Shown piece by piece: positions 19,277-29,145 of a DNA stretch of 50,978 bases; position 1 is the first letter of the stretch; the number at the start of each line of letters is the position of its first letter. Origin of the DNA: a virus. Lineage: Duplodnaviria > Caudoviricetes. Made by a program: the position numbers and the translations under genes. The notes beneath the pieces are model-generated. The model was given only the letters and a program-made list of their open reading frames with translations. It had not been told where the DNA came from and did no database searches. The stretch is from positions 1 through 50,978 of IMG/VR virus record IMGVR_UViG_3300023223_000589, one strand, 5' to 3'.

Positions 19277-20388
19277 TGTCTTTAAACGAGCCAACAACAA
19301 AAGAGATATTTGAACAGATTATCAATAATATCGAAGCCACCCTAGGACAGACTATACCTATTTTGCCAAAAGCGGCTTTTCGGGTGTTGTCTTCTGCCAT
19401 TGCTGGCGTGTTTACTATCCTGTATAAGTTCGCATCTTGGCAATTTTTACAGATTTTCCCCTCTACCGCCGATGAAGAATCCCTTGAAAGATGGGGTGAA
19501 TTAGTTGGTATTATTAGAACCCCTGCAGTTCAGGCTAGGATTGAAATACTGTGTACCGGTACAGATGGAAGTGAAGTCTTAACGGGAACAAGAATTATTG
19601 ACAATATAAGCGGGGTTGTTTATTTGGTTGATTCTGATGTAACCATAGCCGGCGGAGTGGGAACTACAACAATGATAGCCACCGTAGGCGGGTCAATAGG
19701 AAACGTTTCGAACGGAACCTTATTATCATTTGTAACCCCGTTACCTGGAATTGACAATAAATGTACTGTTAACAATACGATTGATGCGGGAATTGATAAA
19801 GAAAGCGTGGATATTTACAGAGGCCGGGTGGTTGATCGGTTTAGAAAAGTTCCTCAAGGCGGCGCATTTGCTGATTATGAGGCCTGGGCGGTTGAGGTTG
19901 CAGATATCATTAACGCCTACCCTTACAGCGGTGACGTGGAAGGCACTGTTGAAGTCTTTTCAGAGAGTGGGACAGAAGTAGATGGCATACCCAACCCAAC
20001 CCAATTACAAGCCGTCTTAGACAGCATTAATTTACCAGATAGAAGGCCGGTAACAGCCGAAGTTTTCAGCCTTCCGATTATCAGGGTTGCTTTTGATGTG
20101 ACAATATTTGGATTAGATCCCGACAATGCGGAAGCTAAAGATTTGATATCGACCAGGCTAACACAATTCTTTTTGTCAAAAGAGCCGTTTATTGATGGGC
20201 TCAGTAATATAAATAATAGTGTTATATCTCAGTCAGAAATAACCGGTGTTATAAGCGCAGCCCTACAAACTACAGAGTCAGATATCGATAGCGCTGTGTT
20301 TGAGGTTGAGGGAACTGGTGACACTTTAATTAGATATAATTTGGGCCAAGGTGAAAAAGCGAAACTTGCAAACATAGTTTACGCTTAA
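19276..20388 (+). CDS. Baseplate wedge J (Mu gp47-like)
   Basis: TADEESLERWG, PQGGAFADYEAWA, GTVEV, RPVTA. Confidence 0.92.
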   Translation: MSLNEPTTKEIFEQIINNIEATLGQTIPILPKAAFRVLSSAIAGVFTILYKFASWQFLQIFPSTADEESLERWGELVGIIRTPAVQARIEILCTGTDGSEVLTGTRIIDNISGVVYLVDSDVTIAGGVGTTTMIATVGGSIGNVSNGTLLSFVTPLPGIDNKCTVNNTIDAGIDKESVDIYRGRVVDRFRKVPQGGAFADYEAWAVEVADIINAYPYSGDVEGTVEVFSESGTEVDGIPNPTQLQAVLDSINLPDRRPVTAEVFSLPIIRVAFDVTIFGLDPDNAEAKDLISTRLTQFFLSKEPFIDGLSNINNSVISQSEITGVISAALQTTESDIDSAVFEVEGTGDTLIRYNLGQGEKAKLANIVYA

Positions 20389-20403
20389 TAGGAGAAGAAT
20401 AAA

Positions 20404-22419
20404 ATGAGCGCATTAAATCCAGCACAAGCCGCCCTTAAAGTAGTTTACTGTTATGACCCGGGTACGGGTGTAGCTGAGACAAAAGGTGGTGTTGCTTGGA
20501 AGTTGGGTAATGATACCACCGGTGACGGTCGCTCTGGTGATGTTGCGGGGGCACCTTATGCGACACTTGATCAAGCGCTTCAAGAAATTAGGACTTTTGA
20601 AGGTCAGGAATTAACCACTCAAGATTGGGAAATCCGAATGGTTACCGATGATGACGAAACAAGCACTTACGGAACGGTAGATTATTCAGGTGACGCAAAC
20701 CATCCTTCAACAGATAGTTTCAATCTTATTTTTAGTGGCTGGTTAAAAGCGTGGGGTGACCCTGTTTTTGCAGATTTCAGCGGTAAGTGGGCAAGTACTT
20801 CTGAATTTTCTAGATTTGGGTTTTTTAAAAGGGCTTCAGGTACAAACGTTCACGGCCCCAAAAGAATGACTTGGAAAGGTATTAATTTTACAAATACTTC
20901 CACTAGTAGTTTTGATGTTGCGATTGTCACCTCTACAACCACCGGATCATATATTCGAATGAGGGGCTGTGAGCATAACGGGACTAGTTCAAAAGCTGGG
21001 ATGGTTTCTATAGCATCTGGCTCATTTACAGATATAAGCTATACCGGCTGTCTGTTTTTTAATCAAGAGCTTGATGTAAGGATTATGGGGAATACGGCGG
21101 CGGGTAATTATAGCATTGGTATTATAAATTGTTATTTTCACGCAACGTCTAAATCACCTTTACAATTTCAAGACGATAACGGCATCTTTAAAAAATATTT
21201 TAATACAATATCATCTTTATTTAATCTAGACGGAGCCGTTGTAGCTTATGAAAACTTTTCTCCCTTCGACGCTAAAACCAGAACTCAAAGGGATAATAAC
21301 CGTTATTGGATTCAGGGATTGGCTAATTTTGCAAAGTGGCATTCCGGCATTACTACCGCCGCCTTTGCTCCCGCAGGAAGTCAGGACGTATTTGCAAGCT
21401 CTGGTGATCCTGATTTTGTATCAGCATCAGACCCGACCTTAAACGATTCTTCGCCTATCATAGATAAAGGGGCGGTCCCTACAGACCTTAATGATTTTCA
21501 TTCAGACGACCCCACATTAAACAATTTTGATTCAGTAGATGCTTTAAATTTTCCATGGGGAGATGTTCTAGACGGTGCTATAGACGTTGCTAATTTAAAT
21601 GGCTTATTTTCACAAAGGGGCGTTGGCCCAATTCAAAACAGTCTTGGTATGGTTCAACCCATTGCGCCTATCGCAAGCCCAAAAAATATCATTGTCTTTA
21701 GCCCTGTTTATTTGGCCGCTAAGGTCACAGACGACCCTGATGCAACTGGAACATGTCAGCCAAGATTTGTCCAAGCTGATGACATTACACTTTCTACCGG
21801 TGTAACCACTAAAGACGCATGGCCTCTAAATATCACAAGTAGTGATAATAGAATTGATTTCAAAGAGGATGCGGGCGGGGAGTTGAACGCCACAATTTCC
21901 ACTGGGATAAAAAATACAGTTGATCTTTTAGCTGACATAACAACAGCTTTAGAAGCCGCCGGCGCTGGAACGTATAGCGTAATATACAACACTGGTACAA
22001 ATAAAATTGAAATATCAGTTTCAGGCGGAGCTACTACAGTTCAAATTCTTTGGAACACTGGAACCAATGCGGCCAATGCGGCTTTGAAATGGACAGGGTT
22101 TAGAGATGTTGATACCGCTGACCAGGCTAGTCACATTGCCGATGATCCAACACTACAAAATTTTTATGATTCTAATCTGGATTATGAATTTTCAACTGAT
22201 TACGACGGCGTTTCTGACCCGGGCGTTGATGGCACTTGGAACCCTTTGGGAACCGGTGACCCTTCAGATTCAGGAGTTGAAGGCACTGACGGCGTAGATG
22301 CTGAAGGTGTTGATAGATGGGTTAGAACGGATTTAAACACAGTTGCGCCAATGGCAGATAAATTTCATGCCGTTCAATTTTCAAGTGGAAATAAAAAAAG
22401 TGCACTAGTAGCCCCTTAA
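20404..22419 (+). CDS. 671-aa putative beta-helix tail appendage/depolymerase-like protein
   Basis: GNDTTGDG...PYATLDQA N-cap and DPDFV...SSPIIDKG C-cap motifs typical of pectin-lyase-like folds. Confidence 0.55.
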   Translation: MSALNPAQAALKVVYCYDPGTGVAETKGGVAWKLGNDTTGDGRSGDVAGAPYATLDQALQEIRTFEGQELTTQDWEIRMVTDDDETSTYGTVDYSGDANHPSTDSFNLIFSGWLKAWGDPVFADFSGKWASTSEFSRFGFFKRASGTNVHGPKRMTWKGINFTNTSTSSFDVAIVTSTTTGSYIRMRGCEHNGTSSKAGMVSIASGSFTDISYTGCLFFNQELDVRIMGNTAAGNYSIGIINCYFHATSKSPLQFQDDNGIFKKYFNTISSLFNLDGAVVAYENFSPFDAKTRTQRDNNRYWIQGLANFAKWHSGITTAAFAPAGSQDVFASSGDPDFVSASDPTLNDSSPIIDKGAVPTDLNDFHSDDPTLNNFDSVDALNFPWGDVLDGAIDVANLNGLFSQRGVGPIQNSLGMVQPIAPIASPKNIIVFSPVYLAAKVTDDPDATGTCQPRFVQADDITLSTGVTTKDAWPLNITSSDNRIDFKEDAGGELNATISTGIKNTVDLLADITTALEAAGAGTYSVIYNTGTNKIEISVSGGATTVQILWNTGTNAANAALKWTGFRDVDTADQASHIADDPTLQNFYDSNLDYEFSTDYDGVSDPGVDGTWNPLGTGDPSDSGVEGTDGVDAEGVDRWVRTDLNTVAPMADKFHAVQFSSGNKKSALVAP

Positions 22420-22420
22420 T

Positions 22421-23617
22421 ATGGCTAATTTTTTAACTATAAGAAAGTTTTCCGATCCAGTTCCTTCAAAGTTTCATATGGAGGATACCCACTTTCACAA
22501 TAATAGAAAGTACTCTGATCCAGCCCCTTCAAAATTTCACATGGAAGACACATATTTTCATAATAGAAGAAAGTTTTCTGACCTTCCTTTAGGTGAAAGC
22601 TTTATTGTCAATCTTCCCCCGGTAGTTGATAATCCAATTCCTGATCAATCGGTTTCTGAAGGCATGGTATACGGGTTTATAATCCCTTCAAATACTTTTA
22701 GTGACCCAGACGGCGACGATTTGATTCTAACAGCCACCCTCGGCGATGATTCACCGTTGCCCCCATGGCTTTCTTTCAGCTCCATTACAGAGAGATTTAC
22801 AGGCGTTCCATCAAGTGATGATATTGGCGTGATAGACTTAAAGATAACCGCAACGGACATACTTTTTAATAGTGTTTCAGACACCTATCAATTGACAATT
22901 CTGGAAGATATTTTTGCGAAAACCAGAGATTTCAGCTCAGTATTTAGAACCCTGTTACCAAGGGGCCGAGCTTGGCACACTGATTTAAGTATTGATTTCA
23001 AGGCTGTTATCGAAGGTATTGTTAGAAGCGCTGCAACTTTGAGAAATAAATTTATTGAAGTTTATGAGGATGTTTTCCCAGATTCAACCGATTGTTTAGA
23101 GCTTTGGGAACAACAATTTTTAATAGATCCGACAGGCCTAACTGAACAGGAGCGAAGAGATAATTTAGCTACCAGGTGGTCAGCCCAAGGGGGTCAATCA
23201 CCCTCATATATTGAAAGCGTATTGTTGACATTGGGATTAACGGCCAAGGTTTATGAGAATTTTAATAGGGATGATCCTACAACTTTTTTGGTTGGTGGTG
23301 ATTCTGAAATTCTCACAAATGGAGATATAATTTTTGAGGAAAGAATATACGTAAACACTTGCGGTGATCCTGAAACGACTTGTAACGATGATAATACTGT
23401 GACCGCCGGCGAATACTCAGGATTCATAACCACAGAAAAACTATATTCGGTGAGTCCATTTAGTGAAAAGTATATTTTTTACTTTATAATCGCTGATCCC
23501 GCTGGCGTAAGCGTTCCTTTGGATGTGCCCGCCGCCTTAGAAAAACAATTCAAGACCGCTGTTTTAAGGATTAAACCAGTTCACACACGGGCCGTTTTGA
23601 ATGTAAATTATGTATAA
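22421..23617 (+). CDS. Baseplate wedge (Mu gp48/DUF2313-like) fused to a cadherin-like Ig domain and N-terminal repeats
   Basis: LLPRGRAW, LELWE, GGQSPSY motifs; PIPDQ...FSDPDGD...LPPWLSF...TGVP...ITATD cadherin/He_PIG signature. Confidence 0.8.
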   Translation: MANFLTIRKFSDPVPSKFHMEDTHFHNNRKYSDPAPSKFHMEDTYFHNRRKFSDLPLGESFIVNLPPVVDNPIPDQSVSEGMVYGFIIPSNTFSDPDGDDLILTATLGDDSPLPPWLSFSSITERFTGVPSSDDIGVIDLKITATDILFNSVSDTYQLTILEDIFAKTRDFSSVFRTLLPRGRAWHTDLSIDFKAVIEGIVRSAATLRNKFIEVYEDVFPDSTDCLELWEQQFLIDPTGLTEQERRDNLATRWSAQGGQSPSYIESVLLTLGLTAKVYENFNRDDPTTFLVGGDSEILTNGDIIFEERIYVNTCGDPETTCNDDNTVTAGEYSGFITTEKLYSVSPFSEKYIFYFIIADPAGVSVPLDVPAALEKQFKTAVLRIKPVHTRAVLNVNYV

Positions 23618-23636
23618 TATGCAAGAGGTTTAGAAA

Positions 23637-24647
23637 ATGCTTAATATAGCCAATGACATTATAAACACGAACCCGGGTAGCGGAAATACACCGTTTGGTA
23701 GCTTTAAAAATGATGCGGTTCCAGGTGACAATAGTGGTAGTCCATTGATTGAAAAGTGGCCCAATGACATTTATTATGCGCTTTTAGCCGTTTTAAACCG
23801 GGCCAGCATTACACCAAGCGGAGTAAAAGAAAATACTGTAACGAGTCAGTTTTTAAATGCTTTGCTTGACGTTATTGGCCAAGAAAATCCATCTAACTTT
23901 CTAAGACCCAGGCCTAGAGATACCGCTGATAATAGGATTTTTCTATCTAGAGGCGTTACAAGAGATCCAAATGATACCATTGGTGAGCCGGTTATTATCG
24001 CTGAAGATTCTACAGCCGCCATTACTCACACAGCCGTAACCATTAACGGTGAAAAGCGCTATGACCGTTATGTTCACGATAAAATAGGAAATGTTACAAA
24101 AATAATAGGTACTCAAGCCGTATCACCGGTAAAACCCGCCTTTGTAGAAGGTGAAAATCCCATTTGTAGCGTTCTTATTAAGACGTTTGGCGCCACTCCA
24201 GTAATAGATAACACACAAGATATCATTGAAGATGAAAGGGTTCAAAACCTACTACCTTTCTTAAATATCCCAAGCGTTTCCGGTGACATAATACTTTCTG
24301 GAAGTACCACGGATTTAGGGGCCATTGATTTTAACTTTGGAGCCCCCGGGGTTTCCTTCTCAGTCTTAAAATCATCCGCTGGGGTTTATGAATACACCTT
24401 AACCGGAGCCGGTGCGTTTACAAAAATACTTGTCTTAACATCGTTGGTAGATCATGGAAACGCCCGGGCCGCTGCTGCTAAAGGCGTTACGGATATAAAT
24501 TTAGACACGGGAAAAGGTACGACCACAGGTTTCAGGATTAGAACTTATCAATTAACTGACCAATCAGGCGGAACTCTGATAGGTGAGCCAGGAGCCAGGG
24601 ATACCCCTACAGATTTTGCCCATCAATTTATTGTGATTGGATTGTAA
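23637..24647 (+). CDS. Tail fibre protein
   Basis: N-terminal baseplate anchor (W.NDI...ASITP...SQFLNAL); synteny. Confidence 0.7.
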   Translation: MLNIANDIINTNPGSGNTPFGSFKNDAVPGDNSGSPLIEKWPNDIYYALLAVLNRASITPSGVKENTVTSQFLNALLDVIGQENPSNFLRPRPRDTADNRIFLSRGVTRDPNDTIGEPVIIAEDSTAAITHTAVTINGEKRYDRYVHDKIGNVTKIIGTQAVSPVKPAFVEGENPICSVLIKTFGATPVIDNTQDIIEDERVQNLLPFLNIPSVSGDIILSGSTTDLGAIDFNFGAPGVSFSVLKSSAGVYEYTLTGAGAFTKILVLTSLVDHGNARAAAAKGVTDINLDTGKGTTTGFRIRTYQLTDQSGGTLIGEPGARDTPTDFAHQFIVIGL

Positions 24648-24648
24648 T

Positions 24649-25035
24649 ATGAAACAATATTTTAGATTATCAGACAAGGATACAATTCAAACGCCAAGAG
24701 AACTTAGTAATAAAACTTTGGGACTTGATAAATCATGGGGAGAGGGTTTATATGTCCAAGTCGATTTAGAAGATGGCTTTGGCCCTAATTGTTATAAAGA
24801 CAAATTAGAGGATGGGGAAGCTGTCATTGACACAGGCAAAGTTTCGAAAATGGTAGATGAAAAAAAACAAAAAATAGGCAGGGAAAAAAAGTCTGCTTTA
24901 CGTGTTAAAAAAATGATTGCTATAAGAAATTCAATTGATGCAAATAAATCAGTTGACGAACTTACAGCAATTGAGAGAAAAGTCGCTTATGGTGTTGGTG
25001 GTGCTCCGACAGATAGTGAACTGGGAATATCTTAA
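24649..25035 (+). CDS. Hypothetical protein, possible fibre chaperone
   Basis: Follows the fibre gene. Confidence 0.45.
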   Translation: MKQYFRLSDKDTIQTPRELSNKTLGLDKSWGEGLYVQVDLEDGFGPNCYKDKLEDGEAVIDTGKVSKMVDEKKQKIGREKKSALRVKKMIAIRNSIDANKSVDELTAIERKVAYGVGGAPTDSELGIS

Positions 25036-25051
25036 AACAGGGTAGGGTAAA

Positions 25052-25387
25052 ATGGATATGAGTATGCAGAATTATTTTTTAGCTATGGACCTGAAGACCA
25101 CAGATTATTTTCTATTTGTAGCCGGGGCCTATTTTGTCATTAAAGAGCTTATAAAATTACTTGGAAAGAAGAATAAAGATGATTCGGCCCAGGTCATTCG
25201 TGTTACAGATGAAGCAGAATTGCAATATCGGCAAAGTATGATGGTCCAACACGATAAAATCGTACAGTGTTTACAGGGAATGACGGTTTCTCTCGCAGAA
25301 ATTTCTCTAGTTTCCAATAGCACTAATGATAAATGTGAAAATATCAAAGAAAATGTAAGCATCGTTATAGATAGAACTAAAGATTAA
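25052..25387 (+). CDS. Single-TM membrane protein (holin/antiholin-like)
   Basis: Hydrophobic YFLFVAGAYFVI followed by a coiled segment. Confidence 0.5.
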   Translation: MDMSMQNYFLAMDLKTTDYFLFVAGAYFVIKELIKLLGKKNKDDSAQVIRVTDEAELQYRQSMMVQHDKIVQCLQGMTVSLAEISLVSNSTNDKCENIKENVSIVIDRTKD

Positions 25388-25409
25388 ACATTTCTAAAGG
25401 AGAAGAAAT

Positions 25410-25757
25410 ATGAAAGATATGATTTGGGAATTCGCCCAGAGTGACCCGGGCCTAATGCTAATTGGTACGTTGATTTTATTTGTTATAAATTTCATCTATA
25501 AATCAAAACCAGGTTGGGCAAAATACGAAGGTTGGATGATTCAAGCCGCAAAACAGGCAGAGAAGTGGATACCAAACGACACGGACAACGAAATTTTGAG
25601 CAAGGCCGATAAGGCTTTAGATATTTTTATCAAATCTTATACTAAAGCCAAGGGCAAAGCCCCAGGTAAACGGCTTGTTAATGAGGTGGTACAGGGATTC
25701 TCCATCGTTCATGACAAGTTGGAGCAAAACGGAACCTTATCTAAAAAGAAAAAATAG
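25410..25757 (+). CDS. Putative holin (LL-H-like)
   Basis: N-terminal TM, IQAAKQAEK...KADKAL pattern, basic C-terminus. Confidence 0.6.
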   Translation: MKDMIWEFAQSDPGLMLIGTLILFVINFIYKSKPGWAKYEGWMIQAAKQAEKWIPNDTDNEILSKADKALDIFIKSYTKAKGKAPGKRLVNEVVQGFSIVHDKLEQNGTLSKKKK

Positions 25758-26110
25758 TGTATACATTTTTAGCAAAGCTGATTGTTGAAATTTTAAAGGC
25801 ATTTGTACCCGCTATTTTGGAAAGTTCAAAAGACCAATACACGGTTGCCGTTCCGAGAAATGAACTTAAAAAACGCCTTGACAATGCCATTCTTGAAAAG
25901 TGGGGCAAATTCATTGTTTTAATATCCTTAATTACTTTAACGGGATGTTTTGATAGGGCGGTGTATGTGCCGGATGGAACCCCCGTAAAGCTTGCTGAGA
26001 CTGTAAAGGGCGTAAAGGTATGGGTTATGACCGCTTCCGGCCCTAAAAAAGTTACTATGGATCTACCAGAGGGGCATTTCGTTCTATCTGATCCTCAACA
26101 TTCTGAATAG
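25757..26110 (+). CDS. Membrane protein with internal lipobox (spanin-like?)
   Basis: Amphipathic N-terminus, then KFIVLISLITLTG-C lipobox. Confidence 0.55.
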   Translation: MYTFLAKLIVEILKAFVPAILESSKDQYTVAVPRNELKKRLDNAILEKWGKFIVLISLITLTGCFDRAVYVPDGTPVKLAETVKGVKVWVMTASGPKKVTMDLPEGHFVLSDPQHSE

Positions 26111-26131
26111 GTGAATTTTTGATAATCTTCT

Positions 26132-26178
26132 CCTAAGAAGGAGGGGCGTTGATAGCTCTGGTTATTGGCGCTCTTTTT
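26132..26178 (+). terminator. Rho-independent terminator ending the late operon
   Basis: GGGCGTTGATAGC/GTTATTGGCGCTC stem followed by T-run. Confidence 0.75.
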
Positions 26179-26194
26179 ATTTATAATAAATTTA

Positions 26195-26296
26195 AGCAAC
26201 TGTGATAATGACATTGGGTCAATCGATACATAGATTCTATCTCAGTTGCTGGAGTAGATAGGGTAGTCATTTCCCAAGGGTGACTACCCGCTTTTT
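26195..26296 (+). ncRNA. Putative small RNA or attenuator leader
   Basis: TATAAT at 26182; AGCAACTG/CAGTTGCT multi-stem, then GGGTAGTCA/TGACTACCC hairpin + TTTTT. Confidence 0.5.
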
Positions 26297-26313
26297 AGGA
26301 GATGGGAATAAAA

Positions 26314-27603
26314 ATGTCAGAAAATACACAGCTTCCAGAGAAGTCAGCACTTCCACCGTTTGAATTAACGGTTCCAAAAACAAATGTTACTCAGGAGGCT
26401 ATAAATGCCCTTCAGGAGAAGTATAAAAATCTCCCTGATGTAACTGATGAAGGTGGGCTAGACAAGCTCAGAAAGGGCCGGAAAGAGGTCAAGGATGTGC
26501 GCCTTGGCGCTAAGGACTATTGTGACGAAATCAAAGCGCAAATTAAAGATATTAAAACCAGTATTGACGATGCTTACATGGAACAGGTTGATAAACCAAT
26601 CCGAGAAATTGAAAATCGTATCGATAAAAAAATCAAAGCTGAAGAAGAACGCTTAAAGAAAATAGCGGCAGAGAAAAAGCGTAAGGCTGAAGAAAAGCGT
26701 AAAAAAATTGATGAAAAAATAGCGTCAATTAAGGATATTTCATTTTATTCAATCATCAATGTTAAAGTTAAAGATTTGGAAGAACACATTAGGCGCCTGG
26801 AAGAAGAGGTTGCGGATGGTGATTTTTGGGATGATCGTTTGTCGGAATATGAATTTGCCAAAGAATTGACCATTGAAAAGCTGGAGAATCTAAAGAAAGA
26901 CGTTGTAAAACGTGATGAAGAAAATGCCAAGGCTGCAGAGCGTGAGGCTGAATTACTTGAGGAAAAGCGTGTTTTAGACATTAAGACCAAGTTGAAAGAT
27001 TTTGATCAGTACATAGTTGAAGCGGTCAGAGCTAAAACTTTAAATCAACTGCAAGATGTTTATGACAATGTTGAGAAAATGGAAATTAGCAAGGCTGTTT
27101 TTGAAGAGTTTTTTGATGAGGCAATCAACACCCGCCGTGAAACACTCGAAGAAGTGGGCCAAATACTTCAAAATATGAAGGATAAAATCAAAGCTGACAA
27201 TGAAGCCAAGGTTGAAAAGGAGAAGGCCGATAAGGAGAAGGTGGATTTAAAGAAAAAGGCTGATGATCTCAAGAAAAAAGAGGATGATTTAAAGAAAAAA
27301 GAATTGGAAATTGAGAAAAAAGAAAAAGAAGGTTTGCTTGGTACAAATGTTACCAAAAATGATATACCAAAAACAAAACCTAATGTTATTAAAAGTAAAA
27401 CCGAAGTAGTTAAGCCTCCCAAGCAAAGGACGTCAGCCCCAGCCCCCATAAAAGAAGACACGGATAAAATAAAACAAACCCCAGAACAAGAATGTTATAA
27501 ATATTTATATGATCTATTTGACGAATCAACCGCCGCTATTTTCTTTGAACAATTAACCGCTGGAAATATCCCTCATATTAAAGCTGTATGGCTAGATGAT
27601 TAG
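26314..27603 (+). CDS. Long coiled-coil protein (DUF1351-like N-terminus)
   Basis: Lys/Glu-rich heptads; precedes recombination genes. Confidence 0.55.
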   Translation: MSENTQLPEKSALPPFELTVPKTNVTQEAINALQEKYKNLPDVTDEGGLDKLRKGRKEVKDVRLGAKDYCDEIKAQIKDIKTSIDDAYMEQVDKPIREIENRIDKKIKAEEERLKKIAAEKKRKAEEKRKKIDEKIASIKDISFYSIINVKVKDLEEHIRRLEEEVADGDFWDDRLSEYEFAKELTIEKLENLKKDVVKRDEENAKAAEREAELLEEKRVLDIKTKLKDFDQYIVEAVRAKTLNQLQDVYDNVEKMEISKAVFEEFFDEAINTRRETLEEVGQILQNMKDKIKADNEAKVEKEKADKEKVDLKKKADDLKKKEDDLKKKELEIEKKEKEGLLGTNVTKNDIPKTKPNVIKSKTEVVKPPKQRTSAPAPIKEDTDKIKQTPEQECYKYLYDLFDESTAAIFFEQLTAGNIPHIKAVWLDD

Positions 27604-28426
27604 GGAAGTATACGAATTAGCCAAAGATAAATTGATTGATGAGCCTTTTTCCGAGTACAACAAAAAGCGCTCAGAGTTTCTTTCTAGCACCGCTTTAAAG
27701 ACATTTATCACTGAATCCCCTTGTGATTATAAGTATCAACTTGACAATCCAGAGGGCGACAAGCTTGTGTATCTGCAGGGTAGGGCCTTTCATTGTTATT
27801 TTTTAGAAGGTGTGATTGCAATGGATCGGGATTTTGTTATTGGTGGCCCAAAAGATAGAAACGGTAAAGAATACGGTTTTAAATCTAAGGAATTCAAAAA
27901 AGAATCGGCCAAGGCTTTGAAAGAGACGGGAAAGCAATTAATCACTTTTGATATTTTCAATCTTGTAAAAGATATGACCAAAGCGGCTATGAAAAACCCA
28001 GACGTAGCGAAGGTTATGGAAGAGGGGGTTTGTGAGAGAACGGCCAGGGCTGAATATTGTGGTGTTCCTTCGCAAATAAGGGTAGATTGGCTGAACCCGG
28101 CGACCCTCTTAGCCGACCTTAAATCATGCGCCGATTTGAAACAATTCAAACGTGATGTTTTCTATAAATTCGGCTATCTTTATTCGTCGTCTTTTTATCA
28201 GTCTGTCTTTAAAGAATATTTAGGTGTGACTGATTATGATTTTGTACCGTTTAGCTTTATTGCAGTTGAAAAAAAGAAGCCCCATAAGTCAGCGGTTTTT
28301 GAAGTCTCCAGGGAGCGTTTAGAGGAACACCGTAAAAAAAATGAAGATGCTTTATATGAACTAAAACAATGTAAAAAAAATGATGTTTGGCCTACAGGTT
28401 TCGAGGGGTTGCAAACACTAGAATAG
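27596..28426 (+). CDS. RecE/exonuclease VIII-like PD-(D/E)xK nuclease
   Basis: LSSTALK, GRAFH, RVDW, DLKS, Y...FY, FIAVEK motifs. Confidence 0.9.
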   Translation: MIREVYELAKDKLIDEPFSEYNKKRSEFLSSTALKTFITESPCDYKYQLDNPEGDKLVYLQGRAFHCYFLEGVIAMDRDFVIGGPKDRNGKEYGFKSKEFKKESAKALKETGKQLITFDIFNLVKDMTKAAMKNPDVAKVMEEGVCERTARAEYCGVPSQIRVDWLNPATLLADLKSCADLKQFKRDVFYKFGYLYSSSFYQSVFKEYLGVTDYDFVPFSFIAVEKKKPHKSAVFEVSRERLEEHRKKNEDALYELKQCKKNDVWPTGFEGLQTLE

Positions 28427-28436
28427 AAAGGTCTGT

Positions 28437-29141
28437 ATGACAGAATCAAAAAACGAAGTGGCTTTATGTGGGTTAAAGCCGAATCAAATAGAAGAGATTG
28501 AAAACGTTTCTAAAAATTATCAATTATCGGCGATAAATGCGGGGTCTGCTTTTAAAAGGGCTATGTGTATCGCTCAGGGAATTTCAAAACTTGAAAAGAT
28601 TATCACAGATGAAGTTATGGAACCGATTATGTACCTTAAAGGCCATAAATTGGGCTTTAGAACAGATGAGGAATCCCGTAAAAAATCCTACAAGCTATCC
28701 GAAGTAAAAAAATGTTTTATTGAAGCCACTTTAAGAGGTTTGAGCCCGGCGGGTAACGAGTGGAATATTATTGCCGGGAATCAATACACCACCCGTGAAG
28801 GCTACACAGCTTTATTACAAAAACTACCAGGCTTCACAGATTTTATTTATGATTTGGGAGTTCCTAAGCTTGATAAAGAAGTAGGTCATCAAGTGGTTGA
28901 TTTTTGGGCTAAGTGGAGAATGAACGGCACCGAACAAGAATTAAAGGGTCGTATACCCCTAATTTCACACGGTAGCACTTCAGTCGATGCTTTGTTAGGT
29001 AAGGCGGAAAGAAAGCTTAAATATAGGGTGCATTCCACCGCTACAGGGTCACAGATACTTGAAGAGGACGAAAGAGATGGCAGTGATTTTAAACTTCAAT
29101 CCGCAGCCAAGTCAATAACAGCTCAGAACATGGAGAAATAG
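28437..29141 (+). CDS. Putative ssDNA-annealing protein (divergent RecT/Redbeta-like)
   Basis: Between exonuclease and SSB; GLSP..NE...Y..REGY motif. Confidence 0.6.
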   Translation: MTESKNEVALCGLKPNQIEEIENVSKNYQLSAINAGSAFKRAMCIAQGISKLEKIITDEVMEPIMYLKGHKLGFRTDEESRKKSYKLSEVKKCFIEATLRGLSPAGNEWNIIAGNQYTTREGYTALLQKLPGFTDFIYDLGVPKLDKEVGHQVVDFWAKWRMNGTEQELKGRIPLISHGSTSVDALLGKAERKLKYRVHSTATGSQILEEDERDGSDFKLQSAAKSITAQNMEK

Positions 29142-29145
29142 GGCC

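Noticed and set aside
27240-27330. KKKADDL/KKKEDDL repeats in the coiled-coil protein
   Set aside because: Simple heptad expansion typical of coiled coils
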